Assembly (NCBI GenBank): GCA_965219415.1
Contig: CBDCNP010000002.1
Location: 3,008,001 to 3,072,000, forward strand
Origin: Candidatus Marinacidobacterales bacterium
Lineage (GTDB): Bacteria; Acidobacteriota; Vicinamibacteria; Marinacidobacterales; DATDRI01
Length of the DNA stretch: 64,000 bases
Direction of reading: 5' to 3'
Each line of letters begins with the position of its first letter. The first letter of the stretch is position 1. Shown here one piece after another: positions 1-11,299 of the stretch. The notes beneath the pieces are model-generated. The model was not told the origin of the DNA. It did not search any database and worked only from the letters and a program-made list of their open reading frames with translations. The translations under genes and the position numbers were made by a program.

Positions 1-861
1 CACCGTCTGCTGGATAATCTTGCTCTCCCCGAGGGCGCTCCGCTCGATGTTCTCGAGGTGAACCAATTCGAAGTGTACCAGGGCCTTCCGGACGGACTCG
101 TAAAATTCATAAAATAGGCCGCTCTCTACCTTCCCACGTGCGATCCACCTGCAAAGTGTCTCTGGGGTTATGCCAGCGGACTGCGCTGCATCCTTATAGC
201 TCATCCCTGCTCGAACGCACCCGAGGATCTTCTCTTGGCGCTCGGGGGTGAGTTTAGTTTTCCGCCCAGCCATGCTTGGGGGAATCTTAAAATTCACGGA
301 ATTGTCCGCTCTTGCCCTCTTTCCTGGCAATTGCGCAGTTTTATTCTCCCCCATTCGGCGCACACGTCCATTATCCGGTAGGAGCCAAATGACGGTGGGT
401 TGTCTATCGCGAGCCTCTCCTTCGTGAGCTTCTCCTCTTGCTCGTGGCCCCCACCTATCGGGGAACCGCCGCGCGAGCAGCCACGCCGACCTCTTCCAGT
501 TCCGCGGGCGAGACTTCGTCGCGGTCGTAGCGTACTTGACCTTCCCGTCTTTCAACTGGCCGTTTAGGATTTCGCCGACCTCGTATCTCAGCGTCTGCCG
601 GGTGATCTTGCTCTCCCCGAGGGCGCTCCGCTCGATGTTCTTGAGGTGAACCCATTCGAAGTCTGCCAGGGCCTCCTGGACGGACTCGTAAAATTCATGA
701 AATAGGCCGCTCTCTACCTTCCCACGTGTGATCCACCTGCAAAGTGTCTCTAGGGCTATGCCAGCAGACTCCGCTGCCGCCTTATAGGTCATCCCTGCTC
801 GAACGCACTTGAGGATCTTCTCTTGGCGCTCGGGGGTGAGTTTGGTTTTCCGCCCAGCCAT
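1..861 (-). CDS. Tandem two-domain HTH protein resembling phage terminase small subunit; copy 1, runs off the left window edge
   Basis: ATG at 861 (MAGRKTKLTPERQEKIL...). Near-identical to 35176-36036. Motifs GRKTKLTPE...LETLCRW and AWLLARRFPDRWG resemble TerS-like HTH proteins. Confidence 0.6.
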   Translation of the reverse strand, partial: MAGRKTKLTPERQEKILKCVRAGMTYKAAAESAGIALETLCRWITRGKVESGLFHEFYESVQEALADFEWVHLKNIERSALGESKITRQTLRYEVGEILNGQLKDGKVKYATTATKSRPRNWKRSAWLLARRFPDRWGPRARGEAHEGEARDRQPTVIWLLPDNGRVRRMGENKTAQLPGKRARADNSVNFKIPPSMAGRKTKLTPERQEKILGCVRAGMSYKDAAQSAGITPETLCRWIARGKVESGLFYEFYESVRKALVHFELVHLENIERSALGESKIIQQTV

Positions 862-1500
862 TTTTGGAATTCTACCATAGGTTTCGCTCTTGATAAAATT
901 GACGATATAGGCCACTCTTGGCCTGCTCCCCACGCGCGAAACAGGCGTAGAACTTGGCCTTATTGACGCCTGCGACGTCTGCGACCTACCCCCGGCATCC
1001 TTAGCCAGAACGCACTCCAGGATGGTTTTTTGGCGCTCGGGGGTCACTTTGTGTCCATTATTCTCTGTGAACTCCCTGTTTTTCACGGTTGCCAGCCGAG
1101 ACCGGATAGCTCCAAACTGCACTATCCGCCACCCAGTCTGTCCAATTGTGGCACTGCAGAGACGGGTGAGATTTTCCGCGCCGTTGGCGCGGTTTTGCAG
1201 GATCAGGTGTCACCAGAGACGCGCTAGAAGGGCTGAACTGGCCTCATTTTCGGTTTTCGTCTCTAATCTCGATTTTCGAGTGCCACGTTCGCGCCAAAGG
1301 GGGGAGCGGGCCGCTGACAGGGCCGTGCAGCGTCGGAAAAGAGGCTACCCGAGGGGTCCAGAATCGAGGCCAGGGCTACCTTGGCGTAGCCGACTAGCAT
1401 GTTCTGGTCCAGGTGCGCCTAGGCCTCCTTGATGCCCTTATCTTGTCTCGAATTGGGCCTCAGCCAGGGGTCCGCCAAGGCTTGAGCAAAGCTTCCTCCC
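1..1500. repeat. Direct repeat of about 1.5 kb with 35176-36660 (offset 35,175 bp)
   Basis: Colinear by eye, with high identity over the gene and divergence towards the 1360-1500 end. The 1360-1500 part has a third diverged copy at about 10425-10560. Confidence 0.9.
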
Positions 1501-1729
1501 GCAAAGCCAAGCTTTGAGGACCCTGTTCTCCTCAAGCAAATAGACGATAGCGGCCTGTTGGTCACGCTGGACCCGACCAGCGATGACGACCACCAACCAT
1601 GTCAAAGGCTGGATCGGCGTCCTCATAACCGAGGATTTCAGCTTCCATTGGCCAACCAAGCCTATGAACTCTAATCCGAAGCGTCCCGGCGCGCGGGTCT
1701 TAAGTTCGTTTGTGTTTTTGGACACGACG
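1490..1729 (-). mobile_element. Family-F IS left end plus N-terminal rve transposase remnant
   Basis: Terminus CGTCGTGTCCAAAAACACAAACGAAC (rc, ends 1729). Remnant ...IAGRVQRDQQAAIVYLLEENRVLK is homologous to the N-terminus of the 13337-14452 transposase. Confidence 0.75.
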
Positions 1730-1736
1730 GGAGGCT

Positions 1737-2505
1737 TCAGACTGACGGAAGATCCGACAACGATATCTTCTGGAGATCGCCATCAGGGGCGTGAGCCTTC
1801 TCCGCCGCCCGGCGAATAATCGCCTTGATGGCCTCTTCTAGAAATCGGCGGTTCTGATATGTCAGATCATTGTCCTTGCCGCTCGCCTTTCTCGCTTGCT
1901 GGCCGCCTCTCTCCGAGGAAAGGTGGCCGATCTTGTTGAGCACCTCCAACTCTATCCGATACACTTCAGATGCCAACTCCCTACACCTTTTCTTCTTCGT
2001 TGAACGTTCAAGTATGGTCAGACAGAAATAGGCCGTGCTCGCCAAAGGTTCTCTGCCCTGGAGATAACCCATGTAGCGATCATACATGGTCTGCACATCG
2101 GGGATGAGCTTGAGTCCCGATGATGGTGGCGAAGGATAAGGTTTTAAAACGGTAGCCATCACGCTTACCTTCGGTACCCCACTCGTGATGCTCACGGATG
2201 TATCCATCACACCCGGTGTCGGCTTCCGGGTCCTCAATGTGCGCCCTTTTAAACTTTAACTTGAAATGGTTCGGCCCTTCCCGAAGGCTAGCGTCGAACT
2301 CCCAAACGCGGATGTAGTCTTCAATGGCTTCCCGTGCAGCGTCTTTCGTCTCGTAGTGTTCCTTGAATTCAAAGCACACTTGCTCATTCGCGATCTCGAC
2401 ACGAAAACCTGTCTCTTCGTGATCGATTGGCTTCGCCTCACCATAATCAACCCACCGACCATGCTCGATTTGGTAAAGCAATGCGACTACATGAGGGTCG
2501 TTCAT
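1737..2505 (-). pseudogene. Hypothetical protein split by a frameshift (ORFs 2080-2505 and 1737-2237)
   Basis: Two overlapping same-strand ORFs with a plausible join near 2220-2240, bounded tightly by the F end (1729) and the G motif (2522). Confidence 0.55.
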
Positions 2506-2521
2506 TGAACTACCCCGGGAA

Positions 2522-2570
2522 TGCGTGCCGAGGTCCGTGGAAAAAAACGGCGCTCCTCCACTTCGTCATC
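2522..2570 (+). repeat. Family-G end motif (TGYGT...CGTGGAAAAAGAACGG)
   Basis: Recurs at 23307 and 32503, and degenerately at about 33245. Confidence 0.6.
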
Positions 2571-2647
2571 ACGTGGCTCTCGAGTTCCCTTCGTTCGGTT
2601 ATCATGTCTCTATCTTCGAACCATCAGCGGGATCGCTACGCCACAAA

Positions 2648-4348
2648 CTATTGATCCGCAACCGGCGACAGCACCTCGTGTAGGAGGGTGTCAAGCAGGC
2701 GGCAGCGGGTGTTGTCACCGGTGGCGATGTTCGCCTCTAAGCGGTCGCAAAGCGCCATCAGTTCATCGACCTTGGCGACGATGCGGTGTTGTTCGGCGAG
2801 GGGTGCGAGCGGGATCAAGAGACGCCGGAGACCAGAAAGCGGAACGGTCTTTTGTGCGATGCCTGTCGCACAAGCGATTGCTTGCTCGAATACCAGACGG
2901 CTTTCCATCGCACGAGCCAAGAACAACACATCAATGAGTTTGGACGGCCGCAATATTCCAATGTGGCGCTGAACGCAGAAAGGTTGATCGTCACGGACAA
3001 CGATGGGTATCCCATACGACCCAACCAGGGTGTAAAGAAGGTCACCACTTCTTGGGCGGCGAATCGGGTCAAGGGCTTCGTAGTATTCCGGCGACACGAA
3101 TCGTGACCCTGCGAACTCAATCGTTTGGCTACGGACGTTACCGATTACCAGGAAAGGGATTCCACTCTCGGTCTTCGGCGGTGGAAGATGGTCTCCATCG
3201 GTAATCGACGCACACACGGATTGGAGATCGATAATCACCCATCCCTGTGGCACATCCCATCCTGTAATTGAACTGGTCAGGTTGGTCGTCGGTTTGGTCT
3301 TCTTTCTCCCCCCCACCTTCTCTGCAGTAATCCGCTTCAACAGTTCCGACGCCGGTTCGTCCGCTCGATCCTGCTCCACCAGCATGCCGCGCACGGCGAG
3401 GTTGAGGATGGTCTGGCGCAGGCCCTTGATCTGGTCGAGGCGGGTGGTGAGCGGAGCGAAGTTTTCGAGCGCGAAGGCGGCATGGCCCTGAAACACCGAC
3501 GGGTTGGGATCGGGCGCGTTGAGTCGGGCGAGGCTCGCCGCTGCAAGCCGGTCGCGCGTCGCCTCCCGCTCGGCGCGCGCCACCTCCAGCCGGTCGCAGA
3601 GTGCCATTAGTTCGTCGACCTTGGCCACGATGCGGTGCTGCTCGGTGAGGGGCGGGAGCGGGAAAGATGAGTTAGCGAAATACTCAGTAGGCACACGCTT
3701 CTGGCCTGCTGTGCCGGTCATCTTGGGGATGCCAGCTTCAATGAAATGAGAGCATTTCAGAAAAATCAGAATGTAATCAGGATCGACGAAAAGCGGGCGA
3801 ACAATATGCAATTCGGTGGTGCCGCTTCCGAGCCCACCAGTCAAGTTCCGAAAAACTGCCGATTTCCCGTTCTCGAAACACGGTGTGATCTTTGCCAGGC
3901 CGACATCACCTTCGGCGAAGTGGGTATACCCTTTCTTGATCTCACCCCATTGCCGAACTTCATGCTCAATTGGCAAACCGTATCCAGACGCAATCAACGG
4001 CATCGGAACAAATGAAGATTGAACGTCATCGTCTACATTGTTTCGAGGACTTAACACGCCGATTTCTGCGATTTGGCTCCACCGCCAATTGACAGGCAAT
4101 GGGCATGGCATGTCTTGTCCAAGAAGAGTTGGAATTATCTTTTGTTTCTTGATCTTCCCCGTCTTCACCAACCGCGCCTTCTCCGACGCGATCCGTTTCA
4201 ACAGTTTCGACGCCGGTTCGTCGTTCAGGTCCTGCTCCACCAGCTTGCCGCGCACCGCCAAATCGAGAATGAAGCGGCGAAAGCGCACAATCGCATCCGG
4301 AGCGTCGGCGATCCGTTCGTAATGGGCCAGCAATCGATCGGCGTTCAT
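2648..4348 (-). CDS. hsdS: Type I restriction-modification specificity subunit
   Basis: Two TRDs, repeated P(P)LxEQHRIVAKVDELMALCDRLE conserved regions, LAVRGKLVEQD motifs. Overlaps hsdM by 4 bp. Confidence 0.95.
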   Translation of the reverse strand: MNADRLLAHYERIADAPDAIVRFRRFILDLAVRGKLVEQDLNDEPASKLLKRIASEKARLVKTGKIKKQKIIPTLLGQDMPCPLPVNWRWSQIAEIGVLSPRNNVDDDVQSSFVPMPLIASGYGLPIEHEVRQWGEIKKGYTHFAEGDVGLAKITPCFENGKSAVFRNLTGGLGSGTTELHIVRPLFVDPDYILIFLKCSHFIEAGIPKMTGTAGQKRVPTEYFANSSFPLPPLTEQHRIVAKVDELMALCDRLEVARAEREATRDRLAAASLARLNAPDPNPSVFQGHAAFALENFAPLTTRLDQIKGLRQTILNLAVRGMLVEQDRADEPASELLKRITAEKVGGRKKTKPTTNLTSSITGWDVPQGWVIIDLQSVCASITDGDHLPPPKTESGIPFLVIGNVRSQTIEFAGSRFVSPEYYEALDPIRRPRSGDLLYTLVGSYGIPIVVRDDQPFCVQRHIGILRPSKLIDVLFLARAMESRLVFEQAIACATGIAQKTVPLSGLRRLLIPLAPLAEQHRIVAKVDELMALCDRLEANIATGDNTRCRLLDTLLHEVLSPVADQ

Positions 4349-5802
4349 CGCATGAGCGCCGCGGCCAGGATCGCCTTCAAGCGGTCGCGCAAGGCCGCCG
4401 TTTCAGCCTCGGCAGCAGTCAGTTCCTTCAGCAGTTCCTCCGGCTCGCCGTGGTCGTCGCCTTGCACGTGCGGGTTCTTGATGTCGAGGTTGTAGCCACG
4501 CGCTTTGACCCCATCGGCCGTCACCTTCCAGGCACGCTCCGTCTCCTTCCGGCCCTCACGGTCCCTCCCACCCCACCAATCGATGCAACCTTGCAAATGC
4601 TCCAGCCGGATCGGCCGGGTCATGGAGTAGGCCTTCTGGCCCTCTGGCACGAGATGTTCGTAAAACCAGATGTCCCCGGTTGGCTCGCCCTTTTCGAAGA
4701 ACAGCAGGTTAGTGCCGATGGAGGCATAGGGCCGAAACACAGAATTGGGCAGGCGGACGATGGTGTGGAGGTTGCACTCCTCCATCAGATGTTCCTTGAG
4801 GCGTGTCTTGACGCCCTCGCCAAATAGCGAGCCGTCGGGCAGCACCACGGCGGCGCGACCAGTCGGCTTCAACAAGCGAATGATGAGAGCGAGGAACAGG
4901 TCTGCTGTCTCCCGCGTGCGGAAATGTTGCGGGAAGTTCGACTCGATGCCGTCCTCCTCCTTGCCGCCAAAGGGTGGATTGGTAAGCACGATGTCCACCC
5001 GGTCCTTCCGCTCCCAGCTGATATAGGGACGGGCCAGGGTGTTGTCGTGGCGGACGAAGCTCGGGTCCTCGATGCCATGCAGTAGCATGTTGGTGACACA
5101 GAGCATGTGCGGAAGCTGCTTTTTCTCCACTGCGCGCAACGCCGCCTGCATGTTCTGCTCATCCTCAGGTCGCTTGACGTAGCGCTCGCGCATGTGACGC
5201 AGCGAACAGGTGAGGAATCCTCCGGTGCCACAGGCGGGATCGAGCAAGCTCTCGCCAAGCTTCGGGTCAATACGGTCGACCATGAAGGCGGTGACGGCGC
5301 GGGGCGTATAGTATTCGCCGGCGTTGCCCGCCGATTGCAGGTCGTTGAGAATCTGCTCGTAGATGTCTCCGAAATGCTGGCGTTCGGTCAGGTTGTTGAA
5401 ATCGACCCCGTTGATCTTGTTGACCACCTGGCGCATCAACTGACCGGATTTCATGTAGTTGTGGGCGTCCTCGAACACGGCGCGGACGACGCGGCGTCGG
5501 TCGCCGAGATGCCCGGTCATCCGGAGGTTCTTAAAGGCCGGGAACAGGTCGTCGTTGATGAAGGCAAGCAGTTCTTCACCGGTGATGCCCTCGGGGTCCG
5601 CCGCCCAAGCGCGCCATTGGTAGCGCTTGGGGATCGGCGAGGCGTAGCCGGGCCGCATCAATCCTAGTTCCTGGTCTTGATCACCGATGATCTTGAGGAA
5701 GAACATCCAGCACAACTGGCTGATGCGCTGGGCGTCGCCATCAACGCCGGTGTCCTGGCGCATGATGTTCTGGATGGATTTGACAAGGGTACGGACGGAC
5801 AT
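4345..5802 (-). CDS. hsdM: Type I RM N6-adenine methyltransferase (EcoAI/type IB-like)
   Basis: GEYYTPR, LDPACGTGGF and NPPF motifs; N-terminus IQNIMRQDTGVDGDAQRISQL. Confidence 0.95.
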   Translation of the reverse strand: MSVRTLVKSIQNIMRQDTGVDGDAQRISQLCWMFFLKIIGDQDQELGLMRPGYASPIPKRYQWRAWAADPEGITGEELLAFINDDLFPAFKNLRMTGHLGDRRRVVRAVFEDAHNYMKSGQLMRQVVNKINGVDFNNLTERQHFGDIYEQILNDLQSAGNAGEYYTPRAVTAFMVDRIDPKLGESLLDPACGTGGFLTCSLRHMRERYVKRPEDEQNMQAALRAVEKKQLPHMLCVTNMLLHGIEDPSFVRHDNTLARPYISWERKDRVDIVLTNPPFGGKEEDGIESNFPQHFRTRETADLFLALIIRLLKPTGRAAVVLPDGSLFGEGVKTRLKEHLMEECNLHTIVRLPNSVFRPYASIGTNLLFFEKGEPTGDIWFYEHLVPEGQKAYSMTRPIRLEHLQGCIDWWGGRDREGRKETERAWKVTADGVKARGYNLDIKNPHVQGDDHGEPEELLKELTAAEAETAALRDRLKAILAAALMR

Positions 5803-5805
5803 GGG

Positions 5806-7048
5806 CTAAGCAGTCTCCCGATAAAGGGCCGATTGAAGCTCGTGGACGGCCTCGATGAAACCCGCTCTCCCGCCGAAGACCTCGACCAACTGCACCGGCG
5901 TGCCGAGTTGGGTGAAAGGTGGGATGCGCAGCACGGTGACATCGTCGAGGTTGAACACACCCTCGTCGGCGTACTTGGCGAGCAACGCGTCGAGCACAGC
6001 GCGGGCCTGGTCTCCGTACTTGTTGAACACGTTCCGCTTCTTGACGCTGTCGGCCCGCTCGCGCCGGGTCAGCGGCTTAGCGTCGAAGGCGACATGGCAG
6101 ATGAGGTCGAAGGGGTCGAGGTCCTTGCCCAATTCCAAGGCGATGAGGTCGAGCGGCAAACCCCCGGCCTCCAACTCCTCGACGATCGCCTGCTTGCGTT
6201 CGGCGGCTTCCCAGCGCTTCAAGAAGTCGTCGAGGCCGACGAAGTGCTTCCTCAGCGCCTTTTTGGTGAAGTCGCGCAGGGATTCGGTGACGAGCTTGCC
6301 GTTCTCATCGAGATATTCCACCCTTTCGGCGACGATGGTCGCGGCGACGCCGTCCACATAGACCTTGCGCACTCCACTGGTATTCGGCACGGTGATGTCG
6401 GGCGGTTTGTCAACGCCGGTTTCGTCATCGCCCGGTTCCGGCGGTATGGGGTCATCGCCGGCGACGGTGGGCGAAGTATCTTCGGGCGGCAGGATGGGGT
6501 CGCCGTCACCCGGTTCGTATATCTGCACCGGTTCGCCGTCGAAATCCGGGTCCGCGAAATAGGTGGTTGCGCCCCGAAAATCCATCAAGGTGAAGTAGAA
6601 CTTGCGGGTGTCCTCATGTACGCGCGTCCCCCGCCCGATGATCTGCTTGAACTCGGTCATGGAGCCGACCTCGCGTTCGAGCACGATGAGCCGGCAAGTC
6701 TGCACATCGACACCGGTCGATAGCAGCCGTGATGTCGTGACCAACACGGGGTATCTGGATTCCGGGTCGATGAAGTTGCTGAGTTGCTTCTGCCCCTCAA
6801 GGTCGGCGCCGGTGATGCGCATGACGTAGCGGTGGTTCTTTTCCACCAGGTCGGCGTTTTCGTTGATGAGTGCCTGGCGCACGCGAGCAGCATGTTCCTG
6901 GTCGACACAGAAAACGATCGCTTTCTGAAAACGGTCTCCACTTTCCTTCAAGAACGCCGTGACCTTTCGGGCCACGAGCTTGGTCCGCTCATCCAGGACC
7001 AGCGTGCGGTCGAAGTCCTTGATGTTGTAGATGCGGTCCTCGACCTCC
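5806..7048 (-). pseudogene. hsdR: Type I restriction subunit, C-terminal part only (5' part removed at an IS-C terminus)
   Basis: LLSTGVD and FKQIIGRGTR helicase motifs plus EcoEI-R-like C-terminus. The frame abuts TGTGCATCGTC at 7049. Confidence 0.9.
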
Positions 7049-7350
7049 TGTGCATCGTCAAAACTGCTCCGCCCACGAAATCAAGGACTTACGCTCCGCT
7101 TGAATTCCGGGCCGAAGACGGCGAAACTCCGCCGCTATGCTCGACGTTGTTGTCTTCCTCGTCTCACTTTGGCGTCCGTGCCATTCGGGCGATGTGTCGG
7201 CACCGCGCCGACCTGGTGTTGGAGAATGTCGCTTTGCGGCAGCAAGTGACGGCGCTGAAGAAAGAGCGCCCACGCCCACCGCTCGACGACACGGAACGGG
7301 CTTTCTGGGTTGCCCTTCGAGGTTCGTGGCCCGTGTGGGCGAGCCGCCTG
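7049..7350 (+). mobile_element. IS-C left end with truncated transposase start
   Basis: Matches 54960-55260; terminus TGTGCATCGTCAAAACT. Confidence 0.9.
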
Positions 7351-7500
7351 AAATAGCCGCGCCCACGTGCGTCGGGTCGATGCCGAGATCGCGACGTTCA
7401 GGAACAGGTCCGCATTACCCGTCGCGGCGATGGCATCACGCAGCCTATGGTCGTAGGTCTGGCGAACTCGGAGGGCTCTCATCATGCCCAAGCATGGCAG
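7351..7500 (-). pseudogene. N-terminal remnant of another probable transposase (RQTYDHRLRDAIAATGNADLF)
   Basis: Resembles N-termini of rve-type transposases from memory; fragment only. Confidence 0.4.
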
Positions 7501-7611
7501 GGAGAAAGTCACCTGGCTAGCCGGACCCCTTGAATGCCCCCGGTATTTACAGACGTGTCGAACGTTCGCTCTCCCCACTCCAGAAGGATCGTACGAACAG
7601 CACTGCTGATC

Positions 7612-9891
7612 TCAACTTTCAGAAGGCACCTCATCGGAAGGAACGACGGGTTCCACCGACTTTTCCTTCACGGGTAACGGCCTAGGTGAATTTTCCTGAC
7701 GGAATGTATTCAAGAAGTTCATGCGGTCGTTTAGTCGAATGAGAACAGGATTGTGGCAAGTCGATGATTTACCGAACACAACGGCATGCCGCGCCTCCAA
7801 GCTGGACAAAACAGAGGCGTAGTCCCCGCCGATATAGTTCGACAGAAAAGATTTTCCCGTGTCGTCGAAGATTCGCATTGCGAAGATTGTGTTGCACTGG
7901 TTCAGAATCGTCTTTGTGACGTTCGCGGTCCGCTGGGTAACCAAGAGACACCCTAAGCCGTATTTCCGCCCCTGAAGAATTGCGCGCGCAGTTGCTGCCG
8001 TGGCTGCTTTATCGCCCTCCGCCGCGATTGAGTGCCACTCCGGGACCAGGGAGTGCGCCTCTTCGTATACGAGGCAAATTCGGGCCGTATCAGTCATGCC
8101 CATCTCCTGGGCGATCTCAAGGGCGCACTCCGAAATAATGGCCGTTATCTCACACGGTGTCAGAGATGCCATCGCAGCAGACCCCTGATATTGCCCTCCG
8201 GTCTGCTGCCAGACATCGTATTGGGTGGGGCTACACACGCGAAGGTACCTGCCGCTGTTAGGGTCCAGAAACTCACGCAGTTGCTCAGCCACCTTTGCCT
8301 TGAACTCCTTCTTGGTGCCGCCCTCCTCTTTGTCTTGATGTGATGCTCCTCGGCCACCAGTTGCGTTCAATTCGCTAAATTTCTGTTTCTCATAGTCCGA
8401 GTCGAGAAAGTCAGGCAGTTGCTCAGCGTATTGATTGGTAAGATCGAGGCAGATGACTTTGATGCTGGCTGCAATCATCCGCTCGACAAGTTCTATGGCC
8501 AGGAAGCTCTTACCGATTCCGAGGACGCCCAAGATCGCCGTGTTGTGGGTTACTGCTTCCGATATGTCGATTCCGACCGTGTAGGCCGTGCCGGGTAAAT
8601 GTCCGACAGCTTCCACTGTCGTCGCTGTTTCTTCGGTCCCCTTAAGCAGAACAGGTGCGTTTATGCGAGGCAGCCACCTGGCAGCTTCGAACTTCGTCGC
8701 ATCAGGGTTCCAACGGCCGATCTTTCGTGCTCTGGCTCTGGCATACCCGTACTTGTTTTTCTGTTGGACGATCTCCTCACGCGTGATTCCTTCAATCACC
8801 TGAAATAGTACTGGCTCACCAGCTATCTCAGCTTCGACCAAGCACCCCTCCGCTAGATCACGATCCTCGATAACCTCGAACTGCAGAGATTCGAGCGTGG
8901 TTCCTTCGTCCACAATTCCACAAAACTGTCCCATGCGTTTCAAGATCGAGGCGGAATCACTATCCGGAATATCGTGAGCGTCACGTTCTGAAATCTCAAG
9001 ACCGACGGCAACTCCGACGCCAACCGCAGCGAGTGATTCATCGATTCTCGGCTGAAGGTTCGCTGGCACCGGAAATGTGAGCGACCGAAGCAGATTGCCT
9101 TCGTCGCGACCCACATAGTTGAGGGCAACGGCCAGTGTCTGCGAACCATGGTCGTCCAAGATAAGGAGAGGCGTGCCGCTTTCTACGCTGCCAGCATCAG
9201 GTTGTCGAATTAGCACTATGCCGGGGGACTGATGCGCAGCGATCACGCCGACGATACCGCTCGACCACTTTCTTGCCACCAGACCGTGTACGATACGCAA
9301 AAGCCGCAGTGCCCCCTCGACCGGGCCAAGCGCCACAATCACTGTCCACGTCCCGAGGATAGCGAAGACTTCCATCGGTCGCTCAATGTGGAACAGCCAA
9401 ACAGCGGCGAGGATCACGGTCGTGTAAATCACCGTCGGGCTGCCGAGTGTGCGCACTATCTTGTCGAGCCCAATCAACCACGGCCGCGCCCTTAGTCCAG
9501 CGGGGGCCCGAACTAACAGGACAAAGATGGATGTGAGCAGCACGACAGCACCGAACAGACCTACGATTACGACAACTGCAACGTCAGCCGAGGCTGGAGT
9601 GATTGCCAATGACGCGGCTAGCATCGCAAGGATAACGAAAAAGCCATTGGTGGCCGCGCCGGATGGCGGAGTGAAGTGCGGATTCAGCAATCGGCTACCG
9701 AAGAGCAGGCTCGCGGTTCCGTTGTAGAACCATAGAACTTTCGCAGACGGAAGAAAGCTTGGTTGGACCACAAAATAATGAACTACCATCAAGGTGATCG
9801 CGTAGAGAACCAACGCGATCACTCGGTGTCGGGCTGTGGCTTCAACCATAATTGTTACCAAATAGGTGACGACGACGGACCAACGTACCAC
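7612..9891 (-). CDS. HerA/DUF87-family P-loop ATPase with N-terminal multi-pass membrane region
   Basis: Walker A GVLGIGKS, Walker B LVYEEAH, GRKYGLG and VTQR motifs, HAS-barrel-like region, about 6 hydrophobic N-terminal segments. The start may be 9849. Confidence 0.85.
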   Translation of the reverse strand: MVRWSVVVTYLVTIMVEATARHRVIALVLYAITLMVVHYFVVQPSFLPSAKVLWFYNGTASLLFGSRLLNPHFTPPSGAATNGFFVILAMLAASLAITPASADVAVVVIVGLFGAVVLLTSIFVLLVRAPAGLRARPWLIGLDKIVRTLGSPTVIYTTVILAAVWLFHIERPMEVFAILGTWTVIVALGPVEGALRLLRIVHGLVARKWSSGIVGVIAAHQSPGIVLIRQPDAGSVESGTPLLILDDHGSQTLAVALNYVGRDEGNLLRSLTFPVPANLQPRIDESLAAVGVGVAVGLEISERDAHDIPDSDSASILKRMGQFCGIVDEGTTLESLQFEVIEDRDLAEGCLVEAEIAGEPVLFQVIEGITREEIVQQKNKYGYARARARKIGRWNPDATKFEAARWLPRINAPVLLKGTEETATTVEAVGHLPGTAYTVGIDISEAVTHNTAILGVLGIGKSFLAIELVERMIAASIKVICLDLTNQYAEQLPDFLDSDYEKQKFSELNATGGRGASHQDKEEGGTKKEFKAKVAEQLREFLDPNSGRYLRVCSPTQYDVWQQTGGQYQGSAAMASLTPCEITAIISECALEIAQEMGMTDTARICLVYEEAHSLVPEWHSIAAEGDKAATAATARAILQGRKYGLGCLLVTQRTANVTKTILNQCNTIFAMRIFDDTGKSFLSNYIGGDYASVLSSLEARHAVVFGKSSTCHNPVLIRLNDRMNFLNTFRQENSPRPLPVKEKSVEPVVPSDEVPSES

Positions 9892-9906
9892 GGCGAACAG
9901 CAGCTG

Positions 9907-10151
9907 GGTGCTTCCGCCATCAAGTGTTGCTACGCCGTGTTTGAATGCTAGTGTCAGCTGGCCTGCCTGTGTCGGCGAACGCCACTAATAAGGATGTTGG
10001 CGTGCACACGAAGGCGTCTCTGAACGTCAGGCACCGTGTGGTCAGCCCAGCCCGCATCGCCGAAAGAACTGCGTCTCTCGAAATCGGGCCCCAAACTCTA
10101 GCACACGAGCGGGTTACGCGGCAGCCACCAACACTTGATGGCGGAAACACC
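9907..10151. mobile_element. MITE B1 (245 bp, TIR GGTGCTTCCGCCATCAAGTGTTG)
   Basis: Inverted ends GGTGCTTCCGCCATCAAGTGTTG / CAACACTTGATGGCGGAAACACC. Second copy at 41796-43486 is interrupted by IS110. Confidence 0.85.
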
Positions 10152-10243
10152 CTGAGAAGGAAAGGCTTGAGCGAGAGCTCGGCCCGCGCCGCCCACCTAG
10201 AGTGGCCGTCGCTACCGACGAATGATCTGCTGCTTCAGGAGCG

Positions 10244-10421
10244 CGTCCTGTGCCAAAACTCGGCCCTTTTGAAATAGCCCATAAATCAGCAACTTAGTGT
10301 CTGTGTTTGCGGCCGTGCCAAGGGCCGAGCGCGAACAAACGACGAGATCATGCAGGCATGGTCCCGGGAGACCGGAGACCGATCAAGTTCGGGGCGCGCG
10401 GATGAATAAATAGAAGGCACA
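10244..10421. mobile_element. Hybrid MITE A-H
   Basis: Starts with the IS-A terminus CGTCCTGTGCCAAAACTCGG and ends GGATGAATAAATAGAAGGCACA. Copy at 15000-15176. Confidence 0.85.
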
Positions 10422-10704
10422 ACCGATCCAGAATCGAGGCGCGGGGCTGACCGCGACGTAGCGGGCCAGCATGTTCTGGTCCAGGTAGACTTGGGCCTCC
10501 TTGATGTCCTGACTTGTCTCGGATTCGCCCTCAATCAGGGTCCGGCAACGCTTGAGAGCAATCCTATTCCTCGTCGCTCCTCGGCTCGTTCTTGATGGCC
10601 TTGAGCCAGGCATAGTCTATTCAGCTCGATGATGATCTGTGCGCTACAAGCGCCGCCCGGCGTTTCCGGTCCTTGTGCTAATTCAGGCGCGTGACATCCG
10701 GTGG

Positions 10705-10926
10705 TCATCGCTTTTCGACTTGCCTGGCTTTCATCTGCATCAATTCATCGAACTGTTTCCAATTCATGCGGCAGCCGTAGGAAACACCCTTGGGAAACCA
10801 AACCACGGATCCTTTCGATATCGTCATAGTTCCGAACATTTCACCATCGCGCTTGATCTGAAACTTCACATCGCTGCGGCCTAAACTTCGTGCCGGCAGT
10901 TCGAAGGTCACATCGTGCATCGCCAT
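10705..10926 (-). CDS. Small hypothetical protein (73 aa)
   Basis: AGAGGAG RBS upstream; globular beta-rich-looking sequence. Confidence 0.65.
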   Translation of the reverse strand: MAMHDVTFELPARSLGRSDVKFQIKRDGEMFGTMTISKGSVVWFPKGVSYGCRMNWKQFDELMQMKARQVEKR

Positions 10927-11299
10927 CTTTATCTCCTCTGGTTAGGTCGCCACAGTTCCATGAACGTTTCCCACATTGCGGCCAGCCGGAACGTCTCCAA
11001 CCTCGCCGTATGGCCCGCGCCCTGGTCGGCACGCCCACCTGACCTGACCCCACGACTTGGGTGGGAAGGAGCTTTCCAAAAAAACCTTTGGGATGTCATC
11101 GGCGGATTTCTCCGCCGAATTCAACCTCTTCTTGGAAAAACCTCTTGCCGATCAATTGGCCATACTTCCCAAGTATAATTAGCTCTTGTGGACGTGATCA
11201 AAAAGCTCGTGGCCCTCTCCTCGTCAAGCGCGGCTCTAATTCTGCCTGGTCACACACCAATCTATCCGCAAAAAGAGATGACCTCAACTCGTTTCAGGG

